From: Mobula hypostoma
Taxonomy: Eukaryota
NCBI RefSeq assembly: GCF_963921235.1
Contig: NC_086109.1
Coordinates: 36,024,001 to 36,088,000, forward strand
DNA: 64,000 nt
Direction of reading: 5' to 3'
Part shown: piece by piece, positions 1 to 13,294 of the stretch
Position numbering within the stretch: the first letter of the stretch is position 1
Layout: each line of letters starts with the position of its first letter
Translations under genes and position numbers: made by a program
Notes under the pieces: model-generated
Databases searched by the model: none
Told to the model about the DNA's origin: nothing
What the model saw: the letters and a program-made list of their open reading frames with translations, nothing else

Positions 1-390
1 TTTGTGCTCCTGTGGCTCCTCCCTGAGGCAAGAGGGCAGGTGCCAGAGGGTGACGGCCCTTCTTAAGGCATCAGCTTTTGAAAATGTCCTCAGTGGAGGG
101 AGGGTAGCACCCATAATGGAACTGGCCGTGTCTATGACCCTCTGTAGCCTTTTGTGATCCTGCGTATTGGAGGCTTCATACCAGCCTGTGATGCAACTAG
201 TCAAATTGCCCTCTGCCATGCGTCTCTTGAAATTTCCTGTAGTCTTTGGTGACATAGCAAATCTACTCAAACTCCAAATGAAGTAGAGCGTAAATGCATG
301 AATGTGTTCAGCCTAGGTTATATCCTCTGCGATGATGGTACTCAGGAACTTGAAGCTACTCACCCTTTCCACCAGTGACCCCCTCAATGA
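1..390 (-). mobile_element. Decayed Rex1/Babar-like LINE fragment
   Basis: Nucleotide resemblance to the Rex1-type copies at 13300-14010 and 42500-43600; no intact ORF. Confidence 0.5.
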
Positions 391-649
391 ATCTACCTTT
401 GGAATTCACAACCTAAGAGGGCCGAGGAGGCTTAGTTACTGAATATATTCAAGAGAGAATTAGATAGATGCTTAGAAATAAATGAAATAAATATGAAAAT
501 AGTGCAGGAGAGCAGTGTTATTGCAAAAGATCAGTCAAGCTCAAATAAATGGTAAGTCGTTTATGATGAGTCAAATAGTCTTATCCTGCATCTTCCTTAT
601 TTTAACTTTTCAAATTCATAATCATACACCATGGAACAATATGGGAAAG

Positions 650-877
650 TGTGGTAAACCATATATATGTTGTAACTGGGTTAACTGTCTGGACAAACCC
701 CTCTGCTCTTGCCCCTGTGGCTCCTCCCACAGATTCCTGAATAAAGGTGATTTTGCCTTGCCCCTCCCCCTCAGTCCGGGGGCAGACACTCACCACGGAG
801 GTCGTATTGTACAGCGAATAAAAGCCTTTCAGTATTTTACCCAACTTCACTCTTTTGAATTTATTGAAGGTGCTTCA
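650..877 (+). mobile_element. Solo LTR (228 bp)
   Basis: TG...CA termini, perfect 5-bp TSD GAAAG (645-649 and 878-882), AATAAA signals inside. Confidence 0.85.
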
Positions 878-1019
878 GAAAGAAAGCTGATGGCCATAGA
901 AAATAACAATCCATGTAGGATAATCCGGTTGACCATTGAGTATTGATAAATCTATCAGAAGGCATTAGACTTGGCACAAAACATATGGTCTGCCCAACAG
1001 TCAGGATTTCTGTCTTACA

Positions 1020-1560
1020 TGCTATCGAGAACTATAGTGAACATCTCAATGCATCACAAAAAAAATCACCAATGCTATCTTTGCAAAAACCTCCAGATTT
1101 ACAGTATGAACAAGTGAACCAGCATCAGTGGTCTCTACCAGGCCACGATCCTCAGTCTTGAATCTCGTCACACTCAGTCAGTGGTCGAGTGTAGGTCACA
1201 TTATTTATACAATCAACATGAACCTCCTGAATCAAACACTCTATTGTGAACTATGTCATTGAAAAGAGACTACCAGACAGAGACACAAAAATATTTTAGC
1301 TCTTTGAAGAAATGCAATATCCTTAAGACTCCTGGAAACCTCTGGCCCATGACTGCTTAGAACAGAGAACCTCAGAGCCATGCACTTGCAACACATGGAG
1401 GATCGTTATAGATTATGGAAAGAGTGCACCAGCTCACCAGCTATACACAAGGCAGCCATGTCAGACTCCCCCATCTCATCTGTAAAAGAGTCTGCAGTCC
1501 TGTCTCATCTGTAAAAGAGTCTGCAGTTCCCACACTTTTCTCATTAGCCACCTCAGAACC
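1020..1560 (+). mobile_element. Highly decayed RTE-clade LINE 3' fragment
   Basis: Resembles the RTE C-terminal region also seen at ~24900-25300; includes a 29-bp-period tandem duplication at 1474-1527. Confidence 0.4.
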
Positions 1561-1589
1561 CTCAGTATCAGAGAAGTAAGGAAGACAAT

Positions 1590-1860
1590 AAGACACAGGA
1601 GCAGAATTAGGACATCTGGCACATCAAATCGGCTGCACCATTCCAATATGGTGGATTGATTGTTCCTCTCAACCCCGTCCTTTAGACTTCTTCCTGTAAC
1701 CTTTGATACCCTTACTAATCAAGGACTTTTCAACCTCTGCTTTAAATATAAAAAAAAATGACTTGGCCTCAACAGCAATCTGTGGCAACGGATGTCACAT
1801 ATTCATCATCCTATGGTTAAAGAAATTCCTCCTAAGTAAGTTCTGAAGGGAGTCATGCTT
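1590..1860 (-). mobile_element. CR1 LINE 3' fragment
   Basis: Similar to the CR1 3' ends at 25930-26300 and 56490-56870. Confidence 0.65.
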
Positions 1861-2361
1861 GATCCCAAGGGACTTTCTCAACCATTTATAAAGAAGAACT
1901 TACAGCCAAATGAAAAATTAAGGGATTGCTTTTTACAATGTCGAGATATAATTAAACAAGAGATGTGCATTCTGTTCATAAGCAAGATGCCTGTTGGAGC
2001 TCTTCCACATAATTTCAAAGCTTCTTGCATTGTAATCTAAAATTTTGGCTCAGCTGGATGTCAAGTACTTCCTGAGAGAAGAACAATAACATGTAGGAGT
2101 CCAGAATGGTCACAAAGTCATGTAACACAGAAGCAGACCTTTCAGTCCAACATATCCATGATGACCAACAGATACTACCTATACTAATCCCATCTAAGAG
2201 TACTTGGTCCATAGTCCACTGTGCCTTGATGATTGAAATGTTTGTCCAACTGTTTCGTAACTATTGTGAGGATGCCTTCTTCCACTACATTGTGTGTTCC
2301 ATTATGCAACCATCTTTTGGGTGTGTAAAAAAAAAAGAAAGAGGATATTCATCAAGATATA

Positions 2362-2924
2362 AACTCAGTGGCCGCTTTATTATGTACACCTGAATATCTG
2401 CTCGTTAATGCAAATATCTAAGCTGCCAATTGAATGGCTCAACTCAATACATAAAAGCAAACAGACCTGCTCAACAAGTTCAGTTGTTGTTCAGATCAAA
2501 CATCGGAATGGGAAATAAATGTGATCTAAATGACTTTGACTGTGGAATGATTGTTGGTGCCAGATCGAGTGGTTTGAGTATCTCAGAAAATGCTGATCTC
2601 CTGGGATTTTCCAGAACAACAGTCCCTAGAGTGTACAGAGAAACGTACGATAAACAAAAAACATCCATTGAGCTTCATTTCAGTGGGGAAAAAAAAGTGC
2701 CTTGTTAATGAGAGATGTAAAGGAGAACGGCCAGACTGCTTCAAGCTGACAGGAAGGAGACAGTAACTCAAATAACCACACATTACAACAGTGGAGTACA
2801 GAAGGGCATCTCTGAACACATATCCTGTTGAATCTTGAAGTGGATGGGCTACAGCAGTAGAAGACCACAAACACATATTCAGTGGCCACTTTATTAAGTA
2901 GATTATTAAGTGGTCACTAAGTGT
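2362..2924 (+). mobile_element. Non-autonomous Tc1-derived DNA transposon
   Basis: Terminal inverted repeats of CTCAGTGGCCACTTTATT type; internal frame encodes a Tc1 N-terminal HTH remnant (MGNKCDLNDFDCGMIVGARSSGLSISENADLLGFSRTTV); no DDE domain. Confidence 0.85.
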
Positions 2925-3974
2925 CTATATAGCAATATGAGAAAAAATATTAGAAAGTTCATCTGTCACTGATTTTGTTCACTTAAACAGTTGCAGCGAA
3001 ATAATCTGGCCCTGATTCATATTATGGCATTTGTTTGTACCAGCCAGACAGGTTCAGCTCTTGCTCATAGAAATTAGTTTATTTTTGAAGTAATTAAATA
3101 GATGGACTGTTTATAACTAAACAAAAAAAATAGTGCCAGAATGGAACAAAAGCCTACACGATAAGCAAAAAAATGAATTGCAACGAAACAATTTAATGAC
3201 TGTCTAACTCACTCCTTATATTTGGTATTTGGTTCAGAGCTTGGAATTGGGTTATTGTACTGTGCAAGGTGCCTTGTGATAAAATTCATTTAGAATGAAA
3301 TGGGTTTTTTTTTTAGGACATTGAATTTAGCCAGCCTGTGATATCATTCCTATCAGTTCTGGTTTTCAAAAAAGCAGACTAAAACTGATCCCAGATGTGA
3401 GACACCAAGCACAATCAGTAAAAAATACAATCAAAACCATTTTAAAGCTATTAATAGAATAAATTTCTCATCTACAAGAAAAGATCCTGCTGATGAAATC
3501 ATATTTGCTTGCTGCATTCTCTTTGACAATGTGAGAGAATGTGAAATGCCACCATAATATAAATAGCAACTTTTATCAGTACGGTCAGAGTTCTATCCAA
3601 TCAATTTCATCCTCAATGTCTCACTGAATTTCAACACAAGAAGCCGTCCTTCTGATTACCTATATAATATATCATATCTAGTAGGAGTCGTATTTCTGCA
3701 GACCATCCATTATAGTAATTTGTTTCGAAGTTATAAGTGATGTTGATTGAGTTTTAATTGTCATCCTGACTTTTTTCCTGTAGACTGAGTTAGATGCGAG
3801 TGGCCATGTGATCTGACTCAGCACAGCTGGGTGTCAGACAGCAAGGCTTGCTGAAGACTTAGTGGCAAGTAGACATCAAATGATGAAGTACTGAAAACCC
3901 AGCCTGGCATCTTTTGACAGGAGGCAAATTTGGGGTCACTTTCTGTCACATTTGGAGTAATTTTACGAACATGA

Positions 3975-4372
3975 GAAAGTCTGCAGATGCTGGAAATCCA
4001 ATGCAACACACGCAATATGCTGGAGGAACTCAGTAGGCCAGGCAGTATCTCTGGAAAAGAGTAAACCGTTGACGTTTTGGGCTAAGACCCTTCATCAGGA
4101 CTGGAAAGGAAGAAGAGAAATCAGAGTAAGAAGATGGGGGGAGGGGAGGAAGAAATACGAAGTGATAGGTGAAACTGGGAGAAATGAAGCGGGGAAAGAA
4201 AAGAGCTGAGAAGTCGATTGGTGTAAGATAAAGGGCTGGAGAAGGAGTAATCTGATAGGAGAAGACAAAAGACCATGGAAGAAAAGGAAAGGGGAGGAGA
4301 ACCAGACAGAGGTGATGGGCAGGTGAGGAGATGAGGTGAGAGAGGGAAACGGGAATGGGGAATGGAATTAGT
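3975..4372 (-). mobile_element. Penelope-like element terminal (pseudo-LTR) fragment
   Basis: TCTGCAGATGCTGGAAATCCAA...GCTGGAGGAACTCAG terminus plus purine-rich tract; same family as 34330-34800, which carries a GIY-YIG-like C-terminal remnant. Confidence 0.75.
4068..4102 (-). ncRNA. Degenerate minimal type I hammerhead ribozyme motif
   Basis: Minus strand reads agtc-CTGATGA-a-gggtcttagccc-AAAA-c-GTC-aac; core 1, stem II and the GUC triplet are intact, GAAA is mutated to AAAA. Confidence 0.65.
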
Positions 4373-5115
4373 TTCTTTTAAAATATCTTTGATATCAGAA
4401 GTAGTTAAAATTCTTAAGTTTGCCATGAAAATAGATTTTAAAAATCAAACTTATTTAAAAGTTAATAAAGCAAAATGAGATAAAAAAGGAAACTACATTC
4501 CTTTTTCTCCCAATCTCCTGGGCTGGAATCCCAAGTTGAAATTGGGGTGGGGGGGGGCGTTGATCTCATAGTAAGTGTGGTGAGTGCAGGGTGATACGTA
4601 CAAATTGCCTAACATACTGTATGTAATGCTGAGATTTTAGCAACAGGGCCTGGACTTACTGAGATCTTCACGTGCACTCTGGTAACAGAGGAGATGGCAA
4701 AAATTCCATGTTCTGTTAATCAGCTAATGTCAGACTTCTTTTAAGTCCACTATGGCTAGAGTTTCCTCACCTGGGAATCTCTATAATTAGTGGGATTCAG
4801 TTCCATATGATTTGTTCAAGATTTGAATATTGAACCAAAATTATATCAGGAGTTCATCAAAGTACTAAAAGAAATGCCAGGTGAAAGTTTTAATGTGATC
4901 CCTGAACCTTGACAGCTGATCTATGAACTCCCATTCATTTTGTACTAACTATTTTAATAATTTTTAGCTCTTGCTCGCTGTCCATTAGGAATTTAATGCT
5001 AGAGCAGGAATGAAAAAGACTTTCTGTCTCAGTGATGTATTGATCCTTAATCGAGACATTGGTTATGTATTGCTGCTTCAGTTAATTTCAAACTAACGTG
5101 AACCTGATTAAAAAT

Positions 5116-6230
5116 TATAACTATAACCATATAGCCATACAACCATATAACAATTACAGCAGGGAAACAGGCCACCTCAGCCCTTCTAGTCCATGCCGAA
5201 CTCTTACTCTCAACTGGTCCCACCGACCTGCACTCAGCCCATAATCCTCCATTCCTTTCCTGTCCATATAGCTGTCCAGTTTAACTTTAAACGACAACAA
5301 CGAACCTGCCTCAACCACTTCTGCTGGAAGCTCGTTCCACACAGCCACCACTCTCTGAGTAAAGAAGTTCCCACTCATGTTACTCCTAAACTTTTGCCCT
5401 TTAACTCTCAACTCATGTCCTCTTGTTTGAATCTACCCCACTCTCAATGGAAAAAGCCTATCCACATCAACTCTTTCTATCCCTCTCATTATTTTAAATA
5501 CCTCTATGAAGTCCCCCCTCAACCTTCTACGTTCCAAAGAATAAAGACCCAACCTGTTCAACTTTTCTCTGTAACTTAGGTGATGAAACCCAGGTAACAT
5601 TCTAGTAAACCTTGCCTGTACTCTCTCTATTTTTTTTGACATCTTTCTTATAATTTGGTGACCAAAACTGTACACAATACTCCAAATTTGGCCTCACCAA
5701 TGCCTTGTACAATTTCTACATTACATCCCAACTCCTATACTCAATGCTCTGATTTATAAAGGCCAGCATACCAAAAGCTTTCTTCACCACCCTATCCACA
5801 TGAGATTCCACCTTCAGGGAACTATGCACCATTATTCCTAGATCCCTCTGTTCTACTGCATTCTTCAATGTCCTACCACTTACCATGTATGTCCTATCTT
5901 GATTAGTCCTACCAAAGAATAGCACCTCACTTTTTATCAGCATTAAACTCCATCTGCCGTCTTTCAGCCCACTCTTCTAACTGGCCTAAATCTCCCTGCA
6001 AGCTTTGAAAACCTACCTCATTATCCACAACTCCACCTATCTTAGTATCATCTGCATACTTACTCATCCAATTTACCACCCCATCATGTAGATCATTAAT
6101 GTATATGACGAACAACATTGGACCCCAGTGCAGATCCCTGAGGCACACCACTAGTCACCGGCCTCCAATCTGACAAACAGTTTTCCACACCATTTTCTGG
6201 CGTCTCCCATTCAGCCACTGCTGAATCCAA
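5116..6230 (-). mobile_element. 5'-truncated CR1 LINE
   Basis: Frameshifted RT/C-terminal peptides (SKYADDTKIGG, QRDLGIMVH, ERRRLRGD, FFTQRVVAVWNELP); short tandem-repeat 3' tail near 5116-5150. Confidence 0.92.
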
Positions 6231-7211
6231 GTAACATAACATAACATAACATCTATAGTCAGCTCCAACAAGACATGGAAAGTGAAGTATGGATGGCCTT
6301 GTGCTAAAATTATTTAAAAAAAAATGTTTTGGAGCTTTTAGAATAAAGAAGTGGTCATCAAAGTCATCGTTCAGTATAATATGGTAATCTTTCAGAAGTT
6401 ATGAAGATTTGAAGGTTGATTATGAAGTTTTGAAGGTTGATAGCTCCATAATTGATTGACATTATATGAAAATTCCAGATGCAAGTCCAGTTATAATTCT
6501 GTTACTGTACAATGAAGAGTCTTGAAGCAATTTTTAGTTTCCCTATATATATATAGTTTTATGTTGGCTTCTTTATTGAAAAACCCACAAATTTGTATAG
6601 TAAGTTCAATTTCTTGTATTAGAGATTAATTATTTATTCAGGGACTTATATAATATAATCTTACTTGTTTCAAGATGCACTACAAGGCTTGTAAACAAAT
6701 ATAAAAAGTTTAAAAAAACTAGATATTTAATAGTAAAATACTTATATTCACTTCAGTGCTAAATAATTGAAAATGCACATTGGGGACAATGAAACACAAG
6801 AGCAACTATTTTCAGGTCATTTTCAGCAATACTAAAGTCCAACTCATATCCTTCATATCCCCACCATGAAATGGATATCTTCACCAGCCAACTGCACCCA
6901 ATTACACTCGACCACAATATTCCGAACATTCAGTCCCTTTAATCCTCCAGTCCTCTTGGAGATACAATTCTGATCTTTAATTGAGTGTCAGTAATTGGGT
7001 TTGCCTCGGAGCTATCCTCCCTCCTCTGCCAGTAACAATCTCTGGACTCAGTGAGCCCAGACTCACATGCCGTCAAACTTGTGTTATCTACTCCTCGAAC
7101 TAGTGAGAGCATCAGCCCAAAACATAATTTTCTTCCAGCTACTCACAACTGTGATGTAAACCATTACCATAGAAAGTATGGCAAACAAATAAATAAAATT
7201 TATAACTACAA

Positions 7212-7340
7212 GAAACTCTGCAGATGCTGGAAATCCAAAGTAACACACACAAAATGCTGGAGGAGGTCAGCTCGTCTGGTAACATCTATGGAAATAAATG
7301 AAGTGTTGACGTTTCAAGCCAAAACCTTTTGTCAGGATAA
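7212..7340 (-). mobile_element. Short Penelope-like terminus with hammerhead remnant
   Basis: Same terminus as 3975; minus strand ctgacaa...GAAAcGTCaac at ~7305-7337. Confidence 0.65.
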
Positions 7341-8754
7341 TTATTTTGCAGCATATTGAACTTAATACTGACCACAGGAGGAATGAGGAGTATGTACTTT
7401 AAATTAATGATAATGATGCAGGCACCACTAATTTGATTTTATATTTTTTTAAATAAGTGATCTAAATAAATTTAAATAAAGTACATTAGGCCAAGCCTTA
7501 TACTCTTCAGTCCACAAAAATTGGCTGGCTGTTACAGCAATGATTTTTAAGACAGTTTCAAAAGAACCTTTTGAAAATCTGCAGTTCAGTATAGCTGAGA
7601 AATGTGGAAGAATGAAATAAAATTCATATTGATGACTTTGATAATAAAGAATGATCCTGGTTTTAAATATTACTAAAGAAGAGAATAGTAACAAGCTTCT
7701 TCCTAATCAGACTGGAAATCGTGTTGGTTCAAGTTTTTTTTAAATAAGGAGTCTATTGCAGAGAGGGTAGTGGAGGAAGAAATGCAATCTAAAACCACCA
7801 GTCTAGACTTTTCAATAACTCATTTATTACTCTGTCTGTTAGAATTTTTTTTTTAAACTAAGGTATTGGAGAATTTAACCTTTATATTAATTGCCATCCT
7901 GGTATGTTGATGTTTTATGTCAAAATGTTCATTTTAATTCATTCATTCATCTTCTCCTCCACACCTATTAAAGCACTTAGCTGCCTCTCAAGCGATTTAA
8001 ATTAGTTTCTTCACAACTGCAACAGAAGATACAGGAGAAAAGCTCCTTTCCAGTTACAATTATTAATCCTTCAACCATTTGTATCAGAAACAGGAAATGG
8101 ATAATCACACAATGACATGAACCATCAGTGATGAGACCAACACCATCCATGTTCTTAAATCAATAAAAGGTTCAATTTACCATCAAACACACAAAGTGGT
8201 ATGTGACACTTTACATTGCTCTTTATTGCACCGTGGATGGTTCAAAGAGAGGTTTCATCGAAAAGGCACCCCACTATATAATTCTTGAGTTTGCACAAAG
8301 TTGAGTAGGCTTTACTAAGTATTACTGAGACTGACACCCACAGTTCCTATTCCCTGAACCAGAATCTTCTCAATCCCATTTAGCTCACTTACTCAGATAG
8401 CTGTCCATCCTCCATTTGCAAGTTCTAAGGAAGGGCAGAATCTATGCCCCATTCTCAGTGATACTGTACATCCCCCTCCCCCTCTAAATCCAGCAGTCCA
8501 GCTCTGATGACTCAGATTAACATTGTCTGGGAAAAAAGTGGTGAAAATACAAGGACAGGGAAATCGTGCTGGGAGCTTAGCATCACACCAGAGGCTCATG
8601 CTCCGCCAAAGGGAGACAAACCATATGGATATGGATGCCTGAACCTTTCTGCATCTTAAGCAAAAAAAAGTACCTCAGTGCTGATTCTTACAGGAGTAAC
8701 CAATGGTGATCTGTCAGAAGATATGCTCTACAATAGATAACACCAACCACATTC

Positions 8755-9295
8755 ATTGAGTGACCACTTTATTAGTTATCTTCTGTACCTAATGAAATGG
8801 TCACTGAGTGCATGTTTATGGTCTTCTGCTGTTGTAGGCCATCCCCTTCAGGGTTTGATGTGTTAAGCTGTTCCCACTGTTGTAATGCAGGGTTATTTGG
8901 GTTACTGTCGCTTTCCTTTCAGCTTGATCCACTCTGACCTTTCTCCTCTGACCTCTCTCATTAACAAGGCATTTTTCCCACAGAACTGTTTCTCACTGGA
9001 TATTATTTTTGTTTATTTCACCATTCTCAGTAAACTGTAGAGACTGTTGTGTGTGAAAATCCCAGGAGATCAGCAGTTTCTGAGTTACCCAAACCACCTC
9101 ACCTGGCACTAACAATGATTCCGTGTCAACGTCACCTAGTTTACATTTCTTCCTCATTCTACTGTTTGGTCTGAACAACAACTGAACCTCTCGACCAAGT
9201 CTGCATGCTTTTATGCAATGAGTTGCTGCCACATGATTGGCTGCTTATATATTTGCATTGTCTACGGGTGTACCTAATAAAATGACCACTGAATG
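8755..9295 (-). mobile_element. Non-autonomous Tc1-derived DNA transposon
   Basis: Reverse-complement copy of 2362-2924 with TIRs at both ends. Confidence 0.8.
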
Positions 9296-9639
9296 TATTA
9301 CATGTTCCATCTGAGCCACCACTTTAATAGATTTATTAGGTATGCAGACTTGGCTGTAAAACTATGTTTAGAAGATGACAGGGATTTAATTTTGGACCAC
9401 TCCTTTTGTGGATCAGCAAAACCAAATGCAACCTCTCAAGCTGAAATATAGACTCTCTGTTTCTATCTGTAGATGCTGCTTGACTCATTGAGTTCCTCCA
9501 AAAGATTGTCTTTGACTCCAGGTTTCAGCATGTGCTGTCTCTATAGTATAAGAAAATAGTTGATTCAATTGGTAAAAATGTTTTAAATCTGAAAAGTTAA
9601 TAAGACAATTGTACAAGATCTATCTTCATTCCTTTCCTC

Positions 9640-10170
9640 CTGTTAGTTTTATCCACTCACTTCATACTTAAGTTCCTCTTTTCCCAGTCTAATCTCCTGC
9701 ACACCCCATCTGGCTCCAAGTTGCATCCACCTCTCCCCTAATGGTTCGCATTCTCATCTCCTTTACTTATCCAAATTTCTGTTTGATACCGTTTTATGTC
9801 CCTGCTTATTTCCCTCCAGCATCTGTCTCCTCTCCCCAAACCTTGCTCCATCTGTTTTGTTTTCCTTTTTCTTTCTCTCTTTGTCTATCTCCAACTATCA
9901 TTCAGCTGCCACAACCTTCCAACTGCATCCCAAGCTTACTTCCCCTACTTAGCACTATCTTACTCCCCTCCTCAATCCACCAATCACCTCAGAATCTTGT
10001 CACTTCCCTTCTCCTCTCTATACTTGGCCTTTCCACTCTCAGTCCTGATGCATGATTTCAATCCAAAACATTACCAATGCTTTTCCTTCTACAAATGCTG
10101 CTTGACCCATTGAAGTCGCCGGCACATCATTTACTCCAGATTCCAGCATCTGCAGAATCCTGTGTCTTCA
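9640..10170 (+). mobile_element. Decayed Penelope-like 3' region
   Basis: Pyrimidine-rich tract, then agtcCTGATG remnant and the ccagcatctgcaga terminus. Confidence 0.55.
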
Positions 10171-10504
10171 GGTATTTGAGTTACATGTATTATTGGCAAT
10201 GAAAACGGAACAAGATTTGTTGTCCACCAGGTTTCAGCTGCTCATAAATTTTTGTGTATTTTTGGCATAAGAAAACATGCCGCCTTCTGCCTGGATTTGT
10301 GATAGAAGTGAACAGGGAAAGAAACAACTTTTTCTCCACAACTCCTTACAGTTACTCAAACAGTAAGCATAGCCGTGCTTTCTCATGAACCAATCACTCC
10401 ACAAATCTCAGCCCTCTACCATTGACCACTTAACTATAATGCCTGAATGATAGCCATCAAAATATAAACATTTCAATTGAAATTAATATTTTAAAGCATG
10501 ATAC

Positions 10505-10732
10505 ACCCAGTGGCCACTCCATTATCTATATGATTACACCTGCTTATTAGTGCAAATATCTAATCAGCCAATCAGATGCAACTCGATTGATGAAACCATG
10601 CAGATATGGTAAAGAGGTTTACTTGTTCAGACCAAACATCAGAATGGGGAAGAGATGTGATCTAAGTGACTTTGACCATTGTTAGTGTCAGGTGGATTGG
10701 TTTGAGTATCTCAGAAACTGCTGATCTCTTGG
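10505..10732 (+). mobile_element. Truncated non-autonomous Tc1 derivative
   Basis: Left TIR and HTH-coding start as in 2362-2924; joined directly to a Penelope purine tract. Confidence 0.7.
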
Positions 10733-11060
10733 AAAGAAAGGAGGCAAAAACCAGAGTAAGGAGGTGGAGAGAGAGGAAGGAGTTCAGGCTGGCAGGTGAT
10801 AGTTGAAATCAGGTGAAGGGGAAGGTTGGTAGGTGTTTGGGGATAGTATGAGGTAAGAAGCCAGGAGGTAATAGATGGAAGAGGTAAAGGGATGAAGAAG
10901 AAGGAATCAGATAGGAGAGGACAATGGACCATAGAAGAAATGGGAGGAAGAGGGGCACCAGAAGGAGGAGATGAGGAGGAAAGAAGGGTTAAGAGGGGGG
11001 CCAGAGTGCGGAATTAAAAAGAGAGAAGAGGGAGAAATTACTGGACATTAGAGAACATTC
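10733..11060 (-). mobile_element. Penelope-like purine-rich fragment
   Basis: Similar to 4105-4372 and 34460-34700. Confidence 0.6.
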
Positions 11061-11234
11061 ATCCTGTTTCAATGCTGTCTTTCACCATAATTCTATGGCA
11101 GTTCCACCATGAAAATATAAGATGATATATTAAAACTCGATGAATTGATAGAGATTGTTAAAAAGATAGTGATGAGAATGTGGTGTATTGAAAGAAGTTC
11201 GAGCCTCTGTATGTGTTATTTGATATTGATTACT

Positions 11235-12010
11235 CATAGGGTCATACAGTAATACAGCATTGAAACAAGCCCTACTGTCCAACTCATCTATGTCGACTGT
11301 GGCACTGGCCAAGCTGCTTCTATTTGCCTGCATTTGACCTATATCCCTCTAAAGTCTTCCCATCTCTGTACTTATCCAAATCTATTTTGAATGTTGTTAC
11401 TGTAAATGCCTCAACCACCTTCTTTGACAGCTCTTTCTACGTACTTGCCACCCTCTGCATGAAGAAGTTGCCTCTCAGGCCCCTTTTTAAATCTTTCACC
11501 TAAAACCTATGCTTTCTAGCTTTAGTTCCCCTTTTCTGAGTAAAAGACCATGCGTGTTCATCTTATCTATACCCCACATAATATCTGTAAGATATCACCT
11601 CTATAAGATGGCCCTCAATCTCATACACTTCAAGGAATGAAGCACTATCCTTACCAGAATCTCCCTATAAACCAGGCCCTTGAGTCCCTGGGTCCTGGCA
11701 GCATCCTCTTAAATTTTTCCTGCACTCTTTCCAGTTTAATGATGTCTTTCCAATAACAAGGCAATTAAAATTGTATGCAGTACTCCAAGTGTACTCTCAC
11801 TGCTTCTTGTAATGTGCAAAATCCTGAAATCAGTACCCTGACAGACTATGGCCAGTGTACTAAATGCCTTCTTCAACACCCTTCCTATCTGTGATTCCAC
11901 TTTCAGCCAACTATGAAAGTACACGACTAGGTCCCTCTGTTGCACAACTCGCCCCAGGGCCTGACCATTCACTGAAAAAAGTTCTACCCTGGTTTCATTT
12001 CCCATCAAAT
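11235..12010 (-). mobile_element. CR1 LINE 3' fragment
   Basis: QRDLVV...LKVESQIGRVLKKAF peptide; CR1 3' UTR. Confidence 0.8.
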
Positions 12011-13294
12011 GAGAAGTCATAACCTCATCATATGAGTTTATTGAACTTGCAGCAAGGCTATTCTGATTAAAGTAATTGACCTGAAACATTAACACTGTTC
12101 TTATTCCACAGATGCTACCCTGACCTGCTGTGTATTTCCAATGTGGTCTGTTTTTAACATTGCCAGATAGCTCAAAGCTGGCTTAAATTACAAAAATTGC
12201 ATAGTGATGTTGATATTCATCAAAGCACTGTGATGTATTGCTGAAGGCTGATGTTAATATGGGGCAGAATAAAATAACAGGATAAATGGTGATAAGTAAA
12301 GTCTAATAAAAAAAAACAATGCAGCAAGAAAGAAAGGAGTTTTACTCAGGCAGTTATTTAAAATCAAAGAAAATATGATGGATTCAAAATACCTAGTCAT
12401 AAAACAGAAGTACACAGCTCTATTTAAATCCTACCAGGCCAGTCAGTCAAAGGCTTTTCTATTATCTAAAATTTCATTTCTCAACATATATAGTAAAGGC
12501 TAACATTTGCCTAGAACACAGAATAAAATCACTGGACATGGCCAAAATTTAATAGATATAGCGTGGCTTTATCTTACTCTTTTGACTAGATTACACCAAT
12601 GTTGGACCAAGATGTTAACATAAGTAAAGTGTATTTCTAATCAGTCCAAAAGAATTCTACTCACTATTAACAAGGCGTTTGTAATTTTCTGCATGTTCTT
12701 TTCATGTTACTTCTCCCCTTACTGTCACTCCTCTGCCAGTCACCTGACACCTGACTATGCTCTTAAACATGTTTATAAGTAATATTATTGGCAACATATT
12801 GACCATACTTTCAGCCATCTTAGTGCCTCCTAATTCAAAGTTGGTCCCATTCCAAACTCCAAAGCACTGTGTAAGTTTTCTGTATTACTGATATATAGTA
12901 TATTCACAATTTGTTCTAAAATTAGAAACAGAATAAATTGTGCAGTTTCTTTCTAGGTGATGCTCATCAAGTTAAATGTCAAACTTAAGTAATATTTATA
13001 AATTAGCCATTGAATTACAGTACCTTATTTGTTTATGTATATAAACCTGTAGGAGAAAACAGTATTTTGAAGGTCTTTGTGATGTCTACAAATTAATTTT
13101 CCTGTACTTCAGTGAGAGAAGCAATCCATCTCCCAGTCGATTACTGAATTTTTGCTTGACAAAGATATTCATCAACATAGGAATAATCAATTATTCTCTG
13201 TGGAAATTGTAAAAAAAAATCACTGAAATTATAAAATAGCCTTCAGTTAACTTGTTCTTCTATAGATATCCAATCTAAAACATAATGAACAGTT

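Noticed and set aside
515..946. 143-aa ORF
   Set aside because: Non-ATG start, spans a solo LTR, no protein motif.
4121..4426. Ser/Leu/Pro/Phe-rich ORFs (also 9741-10113, 19443-19709, 59474-59877)
   Set aside because: Translations of pyrimidine-rich low-complexity repeat tracts.
6399..6442. Short tandem duplication TTATGAAG.TTTGAAGGTTGA
   Set aside because: Two copies only; an ordinary slippage product.
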